Counted from the stretch's first letter, positions 16,996 to 26,213 are shown. The stretch is DNA of 64,000 nucleotides from Crocinitomicaceae bacterium (GCA_024639505.1 JAHEIE010000001.1:4572-68571); one strand, 5' to 3'. A program made the numbers and translations. Notes: generated by a model not told the origin, from the sequence alone.

Positions 16996-18126
16996 ATGAA
17001 TTTCAACACAACAAAACTCGGTATTTTGGGCGGAGGTCAGCTAGGGAGAATGTTTATTCAATCTGCAATTAGTTATGGCACACCCATCTCTATTTTGGAT
17101 CCCAATGCTGCTTGTCCTGCAGCACACTTGTGCGATTCTTTTACCCAAGGTAGTTTCAATGAGTACGATGCTGTATTCGAATTTGGATCTGGATTGGATG
17201 TTTTGACCATTGAGATAGAAAATGTAAATACCGAAGCTCTTTTCCAATTGGAGCGAGAAGGTGTGAAAGTATTTCCTCAGCCTCGTGTGATTGAACTGAT
17301 TAAAGACAAAGGAATTCAAAAACAGTTTTATGTGGACAATGGAATTCCTACTTCAGAATTTGTATTATGCGATTCCATTGAAGAAGTAGAAGCAAAAGCT
17401 ACTTTCCCGATTGTTCAAAAAATGAGAAAAGGAGGTTACGATGGGAAAGGGGTGCAAATGTTATCCTCTCCTTCTGATCTGGAAGTGGCTTTTGATGTTC
17501 CCTCTTTACTTGAGAAAAAAGTAAACTTTGTGAAAGAAATTTCGGTGATTGTAGCCCGAAACGAAAGTGGTGAAATTAGATCGTACCCAACTTGTGAACA
17601 GGAATTTAATTCTGAAGCAAACTTGGTAGAGTTTTTATTTTCGCCCGCAAAAATTAGCCAAGAAACTGAGAAAATTGCGCAAGAAATTGCTCATACCATT
17701 ATTCAAAAACTAGGGATGGTTGGAATCTTGGCTGTTGAATTTTTTGTACTGGAAGATGGTACTGTTTTGGTAAACGAAATGGCCCCAAGAACCCACAACA
17801 GTGGTCACCATACAATCGAATGCAATTTCACTTCGCAGTTCGAACAACACTTCCGAGCTGTAATGAATTTTCCTCTGGGAAGTACTGCGATTACGACCCC
17901 AGGAGTTATGATAAACTTGCTGGGAGACAAAAGCCATACTGGCACTCCATTTTATGAAGGAATGGACAAAGCCATGGCTCAAGAAGGAGTGTTTCCTCAT
18001 TTGTATGGAAAAACAGAAACAAAACCATTCAGAAAAATGGGGCATATCACTGTGGTAGATTCCAACCTAGAAGATGCAATTAAAAAAGCGAGAGAAATCG
18101 CACAAGAAGTAAGAGTTATTTCTTAG
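16996..18126 (+). CDS. purK: N5-carboxyaminoimidazole ribonucleotide synthase
   Basis: ILGGGQLGRM, an ATP-grasp region, VNEMAPRTHNSGHHT and the FRKMGHITV tail. Confidence 0.9.
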   Translation: MNFNTTKLGILGGGQLGRMFIQSAISYGTPISILDPNAACPAAHLCDSFTQGSFNEYDAVFEFGSGLDVLTIEIENVNTEALFQLEREGVKVFPQPRVIELIKDKGIQKQFYVDNGIPTSEFVLCDSIEEVEAKATFPIVQKMRKGGYDGKGVQMLSSPSDLEVAFDVPSLLEKKVNFVKEISVIVARNESGEIRSYPTCEQEFNSEANLVEFLFSPAKISQETEKIAQEIAHTIIQKLGMVGILAVEFFVLEDGTVLVNEMAPRTHNSGHHTIECNFTSQFEQHFRAVMNFPLGSTAITTPGVMINLLGDKSHTGTPFYEGMDKAMAQEGVFPHLYGKTETKPFRKMGHITVVDSNLEDAIKKAREIAQEVRVIS

Positions 18127-18878
18127 TCGTTTGGTTTTATTTGTTGATTTTTCAATGCCATAATTGTTTCTAACAATTGCTCATTGGTCACTTCATCGGG
18201 TTCCAAGTCTTCTACGTTTATGGCTGCTCGGAACTCCCACATTTCTATAATTTCGTGAAGAGAAACCGTGTAAGGGTCATAATATTTATTATCGGAGTGT
18301 AACTCCATAGATTTTATTCCTTGGTGAACTCGCTTGTACACAATTCCATCGTCTTTGGTAAGAACTACGTAGGTTTTTCCATTTTTTACTCGCGTTAAAT
18401 GCTCCACGTATTCCCCAATTACGTACGAACCATCTTTTACATTGGGAGTCATGCTATCGCCCGAAATAGGAAAGGCTCGGTATTTTCCAGCCCCCAAAAA
18501 GGGTAACGAAATTGTTTTTAATGATTGAATAAAATCTGGATCTCCATATCCCAGAGCATAACCCGCTTGTGCCGATTTTGGAATTAACTCAATAGGCTGC
18601 TTGTCTTTTTTCGAAGTCATTACCGGAAACAACATTCGGTTGTTCAACTTCATCAAATCATCAGGGTCTGTTTTTCGCAAATCTATTTGTAACAGAATAT
18701 CAATGGTAATGGTATAGTAATTTGAAATTTTAATCAGTGTATTGTGCGGAGGTTCAGACCTTGCTTCCTCGTATTTTTGATAAGCTCCTCGCGTAATTGA
18801 TAATATATCTGCAATTGCTTGCTGGCTCTTCCCCTTCTTCCCTCGTAGGTGTTTTAAATTTTCACTTAATGTTGACAT
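18123..18878 (-). CDS. LexA-like repressor (XRE-type HTH plus S24 self-cleaving peptidase)
   Basis: N-terminal HTH SQQAIADILSITRGAYQKYE. The C-terminal region has the S24 Ser (ISGDSMTP) and Lys (VYKRV). It is divergent from the Y-family polymerase gene. Confidence 0.8.
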   Translation of the reverse strand: MSTLSENLKHLRGKKGKSQQAIADILSITRGAYQKYEEARSEPPHNTLIKISNYYTITIDILLQIDLRKTDPDDLMKLNNRMLFPVMTSKKDKQPIELIPKSAQAGYALGYGDPDFIQSLKTISLPFLGAGKYRAFPISGDSMTPNVKDGSYVIGEYVEHLTRVKNGKTYVVLTKDDGIVYKRVHQGIKSMELHSDNKYYDPYTVSLHEIIEMWEFRAAINVEDLEPDEVTNEQLLETIMALKNQQIKPND

Positions 18879-18880
18879 AA

Positions 18881-18897
18881 TGATATAATTTGTATCA
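18881..18897. promoter_or_regulatory. Candidate operator palindrome TGATA-N7-TATCA, 3 nt upstream of the LexA-like start codon
   Basis: tgatataatttgtatca. The half-site-containing string tgatataatt is repeated at 18915-18924. Confidence 0.3.
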
Positions 18898-18980
18898 AAT
18901 GTAATTAAAGTTTTTGATATAATTATTAGTTATTTTGAAAAGATGTTTGGCAGGGGAATGATTCTCGGGTTAAGAGAAAA

Positions 18981-19100
18981 AAGAATAGAGAGTAGAGAGA
19001 AAAGAGCTCGCGTTAAAATACAATGTGAAATATGCTTTGAAAAGAGAGAAAAGAGAACAGAACGGTGAGAATAAAAACGAGTTGCGACTATACCATTTAG
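18981..19100 (+). repeat. Purine-rich repeat, copy L (upstream of the Y-family polymerase gene)
   Basis: The blocks aagaatagaga, aaaagagctcgcgttaaaatac and gagaacagaacggtgagaataaaaacgagttgcga occur in the same order and orientation as at 20454-20619. Confidence 0.7.
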
Positions 19101-19141
19101 GACGTACAAGAAGTGAATAGAATCTTTACTCCCTTCACTTT

Positions 19142-19161
19142 CCCGAATTACTCGGGACAAG
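19142..19161 (+). repeat. Family C hairpin module
   Basis: cccgaattactcgggacaag, compared with 12222-12240. Confidence 0.6.
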
Positions 19162-19191
19162 ATGGAAGGGTTGGGGATGGGAAAATAAAAA

Positions 19192-20409
19192 ATGAACAAA
19201 CGCTCAATATTACATATGGATTTAGACACTTTTTTTGTGTCGGTAGAAAGATTGCTTGATAGTCGGCTAAATAATGTTCCTGTGCTTTTGGGAGGAATAA
19301 GTGACAGAGGAGTTGTGGCTTCGTGTAGCTATGAAGCTCGTAAATTTGGTGTACACTCAGGAATGCCCATGCGAATGGCGAAGGCATTGTGTCCCGAAGC
19401 TGCAATTATAAGAGGAAATACATCTACCTACACCAAGTACTCAAAACTAGTAACAGAGATTGTACAAGAACGAGTTCCTGTGCTCGAAAAAACGAGTATC
19501 GATGAGTTCTTTGCAGATTTATCAGGAATGGATAAATTTTATGGGTGCTATCAACATGCTAGCGAACTGCGCCAATTAATAATGAAAGAAACTGGACTTC
19601 CAATTTCTTTTGGATTATCCGCTAATAAAACAGTAAGCAAAGTAGCAACTGGCGAAGCTAAGCCAAACAATCAAATAAAAATTGAGGAAGGAAACGAGAA
19701 GCCTTTTTTGGCTCCCCTTTCGGTAAAAAAAATCCCGATGGTAGGAAATAAAACTTATCAATCGTTGCGGAATCTTGGAGTAAAAAAAATCATCACTATC
19801 CAAGAAATGCAAATTGACATGATGCGATCCGTTTTTGGGAAAAATGGCGAAAGCATCTGGAAAAAAGCCAATGGAATTGACAATTCACCTATCATTCCGT
19901 TTACTGAGCGTAAATCTATTTCTACCGAACGTACATTTCAAAAAGATACTATCGATGTGGAAAGACTAACGGGAATTCTGTCGGCAATGGCCGAAAACTT
20001 AGCCTTTCAGTTACGCAGAGGCGGAAAAGTGGCTTCGGTGGTTACGGTAAAAATACGTTACTCCGATTTTAATACCTACACCAAACAAGTGAAAATTCCT
20101 TACACCTCTGCCGACCATATTTTGATACCTAAAGTACAAGAGATTTTCAAGCAACTTTATGGCCGAAGGTTACTCGTGAGGTTAATTGGAATCCGTTACA
20201 GCGGTTTGGTTTCTGGGAGCTACCAAATCAATTTGTTTGACGATTCGGAAAAGCAAATCAACCTGTATAATGCCATGGATAACATTCGCACCAAATATGG
20301 TGAACGAAGTATTATGAGAGCGGTAGCAATGAATGCAAAAACCATTGGCCGCTTCCATAATCCTTTCAGTGGCGAACCACCAGAATTGCTAGCACACAGG
20401 AGGAGTTAG
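19192..20409 (+). CDS. dinB: Y-family DNA polymerase (DinB/Pol IV-like) with catalytic acidic residues retained
   Basis: HMDLDTFFVSVE, ASCSYEARKFGV and SIDEFFADLSG. 405 aa. Confidence 0.85.
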   Translation: MNKRSILHMDLDTFFVSVERLLDSRLNNVPVLLGGISDRGVVASCSYEARKFGVHSGMPMRMAKALCPEAAIIRGNTSTYTKYSKLVTEIVQERVPVLEKTSIDEFFADLSGMDKFYGCYQHASELRQLIMKETGLPISFGLSANKTVSKVATGEAKPNNQIKIEEGNEKPFLAPLSVKKIPMVGNKTYQSLRNLGVKKIITIQEMQIDMMRSVFGKNGESIWKKANGIDNSPIIPFTERKSISTERTFQKDTIDVERLTGILSAMAENLAFQLRRGGKVASVVTVKIRYSDFNTYTKQVKIPYTSADHILIPKVQEIFKQLYGRRLLVRLIGIRYSGLVSGSYQINLFDDSEKQINLYNAMDNIRTKYGERSIMRAVAMNAKTIGRFHNPFSGEPPELLAHRRS

Positions 20410-20453
20410 GGATTTTTATGATTTGGGATTTTCGTTTTAAAGAGGAAAGAACA

Positions 20454-20619
20454 AAGAATAGAGAAAACAGAGAGATGAAAAAAGCTCATGTTGAAATACT
20501 GCTTATGAACAAACAAAAATTCGAGTGTCAGTTCGAGTGGTTTTAATGAGTGAAAACGAATTAAAAATGTATCGAGAACAGAACGGGGAATGAAACACGC
20601 TTTGTGAGATGCCAAATTA
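20454..20619 (+). repeat. Purine-rich repeat, copy R (between the Y-family polymerase gene and dnaE2)
   Basis: aagaatagagaa, aaaaagctcatgttgaaatac and gagaacagaacggggaatgaaacacgctttgtga. It carries about 45 nt more than copy L between the second and third shared blocks, including the direct repeat ttcgagtg x2. Confidence 0.7.
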
Positions 20620-20669
20620 CTCCATTAGCTATCAGAATGAACCAGAATTTAGACTTTACTTTTACCAAA

Positions 20670-20700
20670 CACTAGATTCCAAGTCAAGCTTGAAATGACA
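20670..20700 (-). repeat. Family A hairpin module
   Basis: The reverse complement, gtcatttcaagcttgacttggaatctagtg, differs from 12157-12186 at 3 positions. One of these is a compensatory stem pair (A-T to G-C). Confidence 0.75.
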
Positions 20701-20747
20701 ATGGATTTTATTGTGGAAATCGAAGCCCAACTTTATAAACCAAAAAA

Positions 20748-23714
20748 ATGTACCTCAACTGCCACACATATTACAGTCTTCGCTACGGAACTTTTTCAGA
20801 AAAAGAACTTCTGGAGATGGGACAAAAATATGGGCTAAACTCTCTAGTGTTGGCTGATATTAACAATACTTCGGGTTGTCTGAACTTCATTAGACTTTCG
20901 TCCGATTACGGAATAAAACCAATCGTTGGAATTGATTTTAGAAACGGAAACGAACCTTGTTTTGTGGGGATTGCCAAAAACAATGCAGGATTCAAAGAAC
21001 TGAACGATTATCTCTCCTATTTTCTTCATCAGAAAAAGAAAATTCCTGCTCGTGCTCCAGCTTTTGAAAATGTGTTTGTGATTTATCCTTTTCGAGTTTC
21101 GGGCGAGATAGAAATTAGCTCCTTAAAACCAGACGAATTTATTGGAATTGCAGCACATGAAATTCCGCAACTACGGATGTCAAGACTATTAATGCACCAA
21201 AAAAAACTGATTATTTTACAAACCGTTACATTTCGTACAAAGCGAGATTTTAATGCGCACAGACTGCTTCGCGCTATTGATAACAATACACTGCTTAGCA
21301 AACTCCCAAAATCGGAAGAAGCACATCCCGAAGAAAAAATGACAACCGAAGAGGAGTTAATCAACCGATTTGAAGGGTTTCCTCTGCTCATAAAAAACAC
21401 TCGGTTTGTTCTAGACAATTCTTCCGTTCACTTTGATTTTAGCGAAAATCGAATACCACAGAACCAAAGTATTTATACAAAAAGCAAAGAAGAAGACATT
21501 GCCCTGCTCCGTAAATTAACGGAAGATGGATTGCCGTATCGCTATGGAAATGAAGTGACTACCGAGATAAGAGAACGAATAGAAAAAGAATTGGATTTAA
21601 TTATCCAACAAGGTTATGTTTCTTATTTTTTGATAAACTGGGACATTATCAGCTATGCCAAGCGGATGGATTATTTTCATATTGGGCGTGGAAGTGGAGC
21701 CAATAGCATTGTGGCTTATTTACTGCGAATCACCGATGTTGATCCCATAGAATTGGATTTGTACTTTGAACGGTTTTTGAATCTTTACCGAAAAAATCCA
21801 CCTGATTTTGATATTGATTTTTCTTGGAAAGACAGACAAGATGTAACTCGCTATATTTTTGAGCGATTCAATCACGTATCGCTTTTGGCTACTTACAATT
21901 GCTTTCAGTACAAAGGAACGGTGCGCGAATTGGGTAAAGTTTTTGGATTACCAAAAGAAGAAATTGACAAGCTGAGTAGCGGAAAATTCTTAGAAAACAG
22001 ACTGGATGAATTGGCTCTTTTGGTGTTAAGATATGGGAACTTAATTCAGGGATTTCCTAATCATTTGGGAATTCATGCTGGAGGAATCTTAATTTCTAAC
22101 TCACCTCTTCATCATTTTTCGGCTACAAATCTTCCTCCCAAAGGATTTCCTACGGTACAATTTGATATGGTGATTGCCGAAGATGTGGGTTTGTATAAGT
22201 TTGATATTTTGGGACAACGAGGATTGGCAAAAATAAAAGATGCGGTACAAATCATTAAAGAAAATCAACCCGAACGAGCCGATTTCGATATTCATGATGT
22301 GAAAGCTTTTAAAAAAGACCCTAAGATTAATTCACTAATAGAGGAAGCAAAGTGCTTGGGTTGTTTTTATGTAGAATCGCCTGCCATGCGGATGTTACTC
22401 AAGAAATTACGAACCAACACTTACTTGGGTTTAGTGGCGGCCAGTTCGATTATTCGCCCTGGAGTTTCGCAAAGCGGAATGATGAGAGAATATATTTTAC
22501 GCCATCGTTTTCCGGAGCGAATCAAACAAAAAGCACACCCCGTAATGTTGAAAATAATGCCCGAAACTTATGGAGTAATGGTATACCAAGAAGATGTGAT
22601 AAAAGTAGCTCACCTCTTTGCAGGATTATCGCTTGGAGAAGCCGATGTGCTAAGAAGAGGAATGAGCGGAAAGTTTCGTTCACGCGGAGAATTTGACCAA
22701 GTGAAACAAAAATTTATTGATAACTGCCGCGAGAAAGGTTACAAAGATGAGGTGATTTTTGAGATTTGGCGACAGACCGAGAGTTTTGCGGGCTATGCAT
22801 TTGCCAAAGGTCACTCGGCAAGTTATGCCGTAGAAAGTTACCAAAGTTTATTCCTCAAAACGTATTTCCCACTCGAATACATGGTAGCGGTAATAAATAA
22901 TGGCGGTGGATTTTACAGAACCGAAACTTACCTCCATGAACTTAAAATGCTTGGCGGTATTGTTCATCCCCCACACATCAACTACAGCAGAGCAGAAAGT
23001 GTGCTGAGAGGAAAAAATGTATACTTAGGATTTGGCAGTATTCACGAGCTATCCGAGAGTACAATTCAAGAAATTTTAATACCTAGAGAGCAGAAAAAAT
23101 TTGATGATTTAGACGATTTTATGAGTCGGACTTCTGTCAGTGTTGCTCAGGCTGAGCTATTGGTGCGAGCTGGTTGTTTCAATGAATTTGACACTAACAA
23201 ACGGAGTTTGCTTTGGAAGTTAAAACTAACCTACGCTCCCGAATTAGTGGTGAAACACCAACCTAAACTATTTGAATTAAATGATGGAAAAAAGTTTGAA
23301 ATTCCATCGTTGGATTTTGTTCCAGAAGAGGTTGCTTTTGATCAATTGGAGTTATTTGGATTTACTCTTGGCAATCCTTTTGACTTGATGAAAAATGAAA
23401 TAACTGATGGAATACTAGCTGCGGAAATGAAATACTATGTAAACCGAAAAATAGAGGTTTACGGATATTTGGTAACGGTAAAAAGTACCAGCACCGTGAA
23501 CAAAAAACGCATGCAATTTGGAACTTTTCTAGACAAAGAGGGTGAGTTTATAGACACCGTTCATTTTCCTAATACAACAGAAAAATACTTGTTTAGGGGA
23601 AAAGGAGTATATAAACTCTACGGAAAAATAACCGAAGAATTTGAGTTCTTAACTCTGGAAGTTCACCGAATGGAAAAAATGGACATGGTAGTAGATCCCA
23701 GATATGCGGAGTGA
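20748..23714 (+). CDS. dnaE2: Error-prone DNA polymerase III alpha-like subunit (DnaE2 type)
   Basis: 988 aa. N-terminal PHP domain, GRGSGANSIVAYLLRITDVDPI, the PDFDIDF catalytic aspartates, and FAGYAFAKGHSASYA. It lacks the long C-terminal tau/beta-binding extension of replicative DnaE. Confidence 0.85.
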   Translation: MYLNCHTYYSLRYGTFSEKELLEMGQKYGLNSLVLADINNTSGCLNFIRLSSDYGIKPIVGIDFRNGNEPCFVGIAKNNAGFKELNDYLSYFLHQKKKIPARAPAFENVFVIYPFRVSGEIEISSLKPDEFIGIAAHEIPQLRMSRLLMHQKKLIILQTVTFRTKRDFNAHRLLRAIDNNTLLSKLPKSEEAHPEEKMTTEEELINRFEGFPLLIKNTRFVLDNSSVHFDFSENRIPQNQSIYTKSKEEDIALLRKLTEDGLPYRYGNEVTTEIRERIEKELDLIIQQGYVSYFLINWDIISYAKRMDYFHIGRGSGANSIVAYLLRITDVDPIELDLYFERFLNLYRKNPPDFDIDFSWKDRQDVTRYIFERFNHVSLLATYNCFQYKGTVRELGKVFGLPKEEIDKLSSGKFLENRLDELALLVLRYGNLIQGFPNHLGIHAGGILISNSPLHHFSATNLPPKGFPTVQFDMVIAEDVGLYKFDILGQRGLAKIKDAVQIIKENQPERADFDIHDVKAFKKDPKINSLIEEAKCLGCFYVESPAMRMLLKKLRTNTYLGLVAASSIIRPGVSQSGMMREYILRHRFPERIKQKAHPVMLKIMPETYGVMVYQEDVIKVAHLFAGLSLGEADVLRRGMSGKFRSRGEFDQVKQKFIDNCREKGYKDEVIFEIWRQTESFAGYAFAKGHSASYAVESYQSLFLKTYFPLEYMVAVINNGGGFYRTETYLHELKMLGGIVHPPHINYSRAESVLRGKNVYLGFGSIHELSESTIQEILIPREQKKFDDLDDFMSRTSVSVAQAELLVRAGCFNEFDTNKRSLLWKLKLTYAPELVVKHQPKLFELNDGKKFEIPSLDFVPEEVAFDQLELFGFTLGNPFDLMKNEITDGILAAEMKYYVNRKIEVYGYLVTVKSTSTVNKKRMQFGTFLDKEGEFIDTVHFPNTTEKYLFRGKGVYKLYGKITEEFEFLTLEVHRMEKMDMVVDPRYAE

Positions 23715-25895
23715 TTATTCCTTTATAATTTTAACCGTTTTTCTCTCCTTCTCACCAATTACATTTAAGAAATAAAGACCCGAACTTCCCTCAAAATTTA
23801 TCTCGTATTGAACTATGTTTTGAGGAGTAACTTCTTTGATTAATCGCCCGTTTAGGTCGGTGATGAATATTCTATTTGGTGTGGTTTGTTTTCCTAAATC
23901 TAGAGTGAAAAATCCTTGGGTAGGATTTGGGAAGATAGAAATGTTCCAATCCTCATCAATCCATTCTTTTACCGAAGTTGTGTTTTCCGCCATCACAATT
24001 GCGGCAGTTGCGGTCACTTTTCCGTGTCCCCAAACTGGGCTTCCGCCAGCAGGAATTACTCCAGTTCTTGAATCTTCCCTCGCAGTAGCAATCAGTATTT
24101 CTTTAACTTGCCTTGGTTCTAGTGTTGGGCTAGCCTCAAGCATCAGAGCTACAACTCCAGCTGTGGCTGGCGAAGACATAGATGTTCCCGAAAAAGCAGC
24201 AAAATCATAGGTTCTTCCGTTAAAGATTGTACTCGTTGCCGCTGTGTAGCTACGCGTTGTGTATGAGTTAATTGAAGAAATAACGTTCATTCCTGGTGCA
24301 GATACATCGGGTTTCATTCTTTCGTCATAAGTAGGACCTCGACTAGAAAAATTAGCTATGTTTCCTGGAAAAACCTGACCCGTAATCGCAACATTTTGAG
24401 CCTGGTGAGCTGCCACAGTAATAGCGCTTTCGGTGCAAGCTGGTTCGCCCAATCCGTATAAATTATCGCCTGATACTCCATCGTTTCCATAAGAGTAAAA
24501 ATCCAATCCCCAGTTTCCTACCCCGTTACTCAATTCCACCACATTCCAATAATGAACAGTTCCCGTGGCTGCGTAAGAATGAAGAACTACACGCAAACTT
24601 GTGTTTGTATTTTTTACTCTCATTCTCTGGTGAGGACGATTGTTATTTGGATGAGCAGAATCAATTGAATAATTATAAAAAACAGTATCAGATCCAATAA
24701 TTAAATAAGTATCGTGATATCCATTATCGCTGTTTGTGTTGTAATACCTTGAACTCGCAACGATTTGATTGGAAGAGTTATACACCTCTACCCTCGAATT
24801 AAAAGGATTTCCTGGTTCTCCCCACATGGAAATACATTGTCCCCACATGGATTGATGAGCAGAGTATGGATAAAAACCAATTCTTGTTCTGATGCTGTCG
24901 CTAGAAAATGATTTTTTGATGTGAAAATCTGCGTCTCCATTGTTTCCTCCAGAAGTTACAAAAGTTACTCCCTGAAAGCTCAATGAATCAATCGCCTGAC
25001 TTACTAGAGAGGTTCCGTCCATAGTTCCCATGTAATAAAGTCCCCAACTCATATTTACAACCAATCTTTTCCAGTCGTTGTCTGCAATGTTTTTCATCCA
25101 AACAAATGCGTCAATTGCTGATCCAGCATCTAATTGAATAGAATTGAACAAATATTGCGACTCAAAAGCAACTCCTCTGTGAATTGTTCCTCCTCCACTT
25201 CCTGCCGCAATTCCTGCTACGTGATTTCCGTGAGTAGCATAATCGTAATAATCTCCTGCTGTATCGCTATTTGCATCGTCCAGTTCTGTGGGAGTTACAT
25301 ATTCTACTCCGTAACCAAATCCTGCTGGCACATTTCCTTGATGTTTAAAATGATCCCAAGCCGCTCTTATTCTTGAAGTCGTCAAACTTGTATCCATAAA
25401 CATTGGGTGGTCATAATCAAATCCCCAATCTGTAATTCCAATTAATACATTTTTTCCCGTGTAACTCTGAGCCAATCCATGTCCTGCCCAAACGCTGTCT
25501 GCTCTTACATCGGCTGTCATTTTATGATTGTGAGGCTGGATTCTTTCGGCAACATTTAGTTGAATGATATTATTGAAATTTTTAATCTCTGATAAGTTTT
25601 TCAATGGAATTTTTAAAGTAATAATATCGGCTACTTGGCTTCCTATGAAAGCTTTGTCATTCAAATCAGCCATAGTGAAATTCCGATTTACTTTTGCTAA
25701 AGTTGACAAGCATAATTCTCTGTTTACTTTGTAAATAGGCAATAAAGGATTCTTTGCCTTCAATTCGCTGTCGGTATTTCCTTTAGATTCAGAAATAAGA
25801 CGATTTATGTTTTCTTGTGATTCGCTATTAATCCTTATTTGAGAAAAAGAAAAAAGAGTCATTACAGACAGTAAAAGAGTGAAAATTGATTTCAT
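23715..25895 (-). CDS. Secreted S8 (subtilisin-family) peptidase with a T9SS type A C-terminal sorting domain
   Basis: Signal peptide. Catalytic blocks GITDWGFD, HGNHVAG and GTSMSSPATAG. C-terminal domain ISIFPNPTQGFFTLDL...LYFLNV...VKIIKE. Confidence 0.85.
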   Translation of the reverse strand: MKSIFTLLLSVMTLFSFSQIRINSESQENINRLISESKGNTDSELKAKNPLLPIYKVNRELCLSTLAKVNRNFTMADLNDKAFIGSQVADIITLKIPLKNLSEIKNFNNIIQLNVAERIQPHNHKMTADVRADSVWAGHGLAQSYTGKNVLIGITDWGFDYDHPMFMDTSLTTSRIRAAWDHFKHQGNVPAGFGYGVEYVTPTELDDANSDTAGDYYDYATHGNHVAGIAAGSGGGTIHRGVAFESQYLFNSIQLDAGSAIDAFVWMKNIADNDWKRLVVNMSWGLYYMGTMDGTSLVSQAIDSLSFQGVTFVTSGGNNGDADFHIKKSFSSDSIRTRIGFYPYSAHQSMWGQCISMWGEPGNPFNSRVEVYNSSNQIVASSRYYNTNSDNGYHDTYLIIGSDTVFYNYSIDSAHPNNNRPHQRMRVKNTNTSLRVVLHSYAATGTVHYWNVVELSNGVGNWGLDFYSYGNDGVSGDNLYGLGEPACTESAITVAAHQAQNVAITGQVFPGNIANFSSRGPTYDERMKPDVSAPGMNVISSINSYTTRSYTAATSTIFNGRTYDFAAFSGTSMSSPATAGVVALMLEASPTLEPRQVKEILIATAREDSRTGVIPAGGSPVWGHGKVTATAAIVMAENTTSVKEWIDEDWNISIFPNPTQGFFTLDLGKQTTPNRIFITDLNGRLIKEVTPQNIVQYEINFEGSSGLYFLNVIGEKERKTVKIIKE

Positions 25896-26092
25896 TTGGT
25901 TGGTTTTAGGATTCTAATTTACAATTTTCAGGTTGATATTCATTCCAATTCCCTTTTTCATTGCAATTCCCTTGAAGAAGGGAATCTTACTCATTGTTTT
26001 TCATCATGGTTATTCTTTGTAAACCTCTTCTTAAGGAAAAATGAAATAAGCTATCTCAAAAGAAATACTTAGGGTGCGATTCTCGTTTTAAA

Positions 26093-26115
26093 ATTCCCGC
26101 CTTCGCGAGAATGAC
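26093..26115 (-). repeat. Family A variant hairpin module
   Basis: attcccgccttcgcgagaatgac. The GTCATT flank is conserved, with a different stem sequence. Confidence 0.5.
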
Positions 26116-26213
26116 ATGGTTTTATATGGTTTCTGTTCAAGATTGGAAAAGCAAATTAGCAATAAACACCCAAAATCATTACCTTTATTCTCAATCATAT
26201 TTTAAATTAAAAA

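Noticed and set aside
18930-19405. ORFs 18930-19229 and 19148-19405 (minus strand) and 20406-20615 (minus strand), which overlap the repeats flanking the Y-family polymerase gene.
   Set aside because: They are translated from polypyrimidine or purine-rich repeat DNA, giving SLFSLLSILFSL-type sequence. They overlap the polymerase start. Between the two repeat copies the conservation is at the nucleotide level, not in the reading frame. I treat them as non-coding repeats.
25896-26213. The 318-bp spacer between the S8 peptidase gene and the SDR gene, considered as a possible ncRNA locus (perfect hairpin attccctt/aagggaat at 25966-25985, plus a family A variant at 26093-26115).
   Set aside because: The hairpins lack flanking promoter or terminator signatures that I can recognise. 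The region is a divergent promoter, where such repeats also occur elsewhere in the window. The evidence is insufficient to call an RNA gene.
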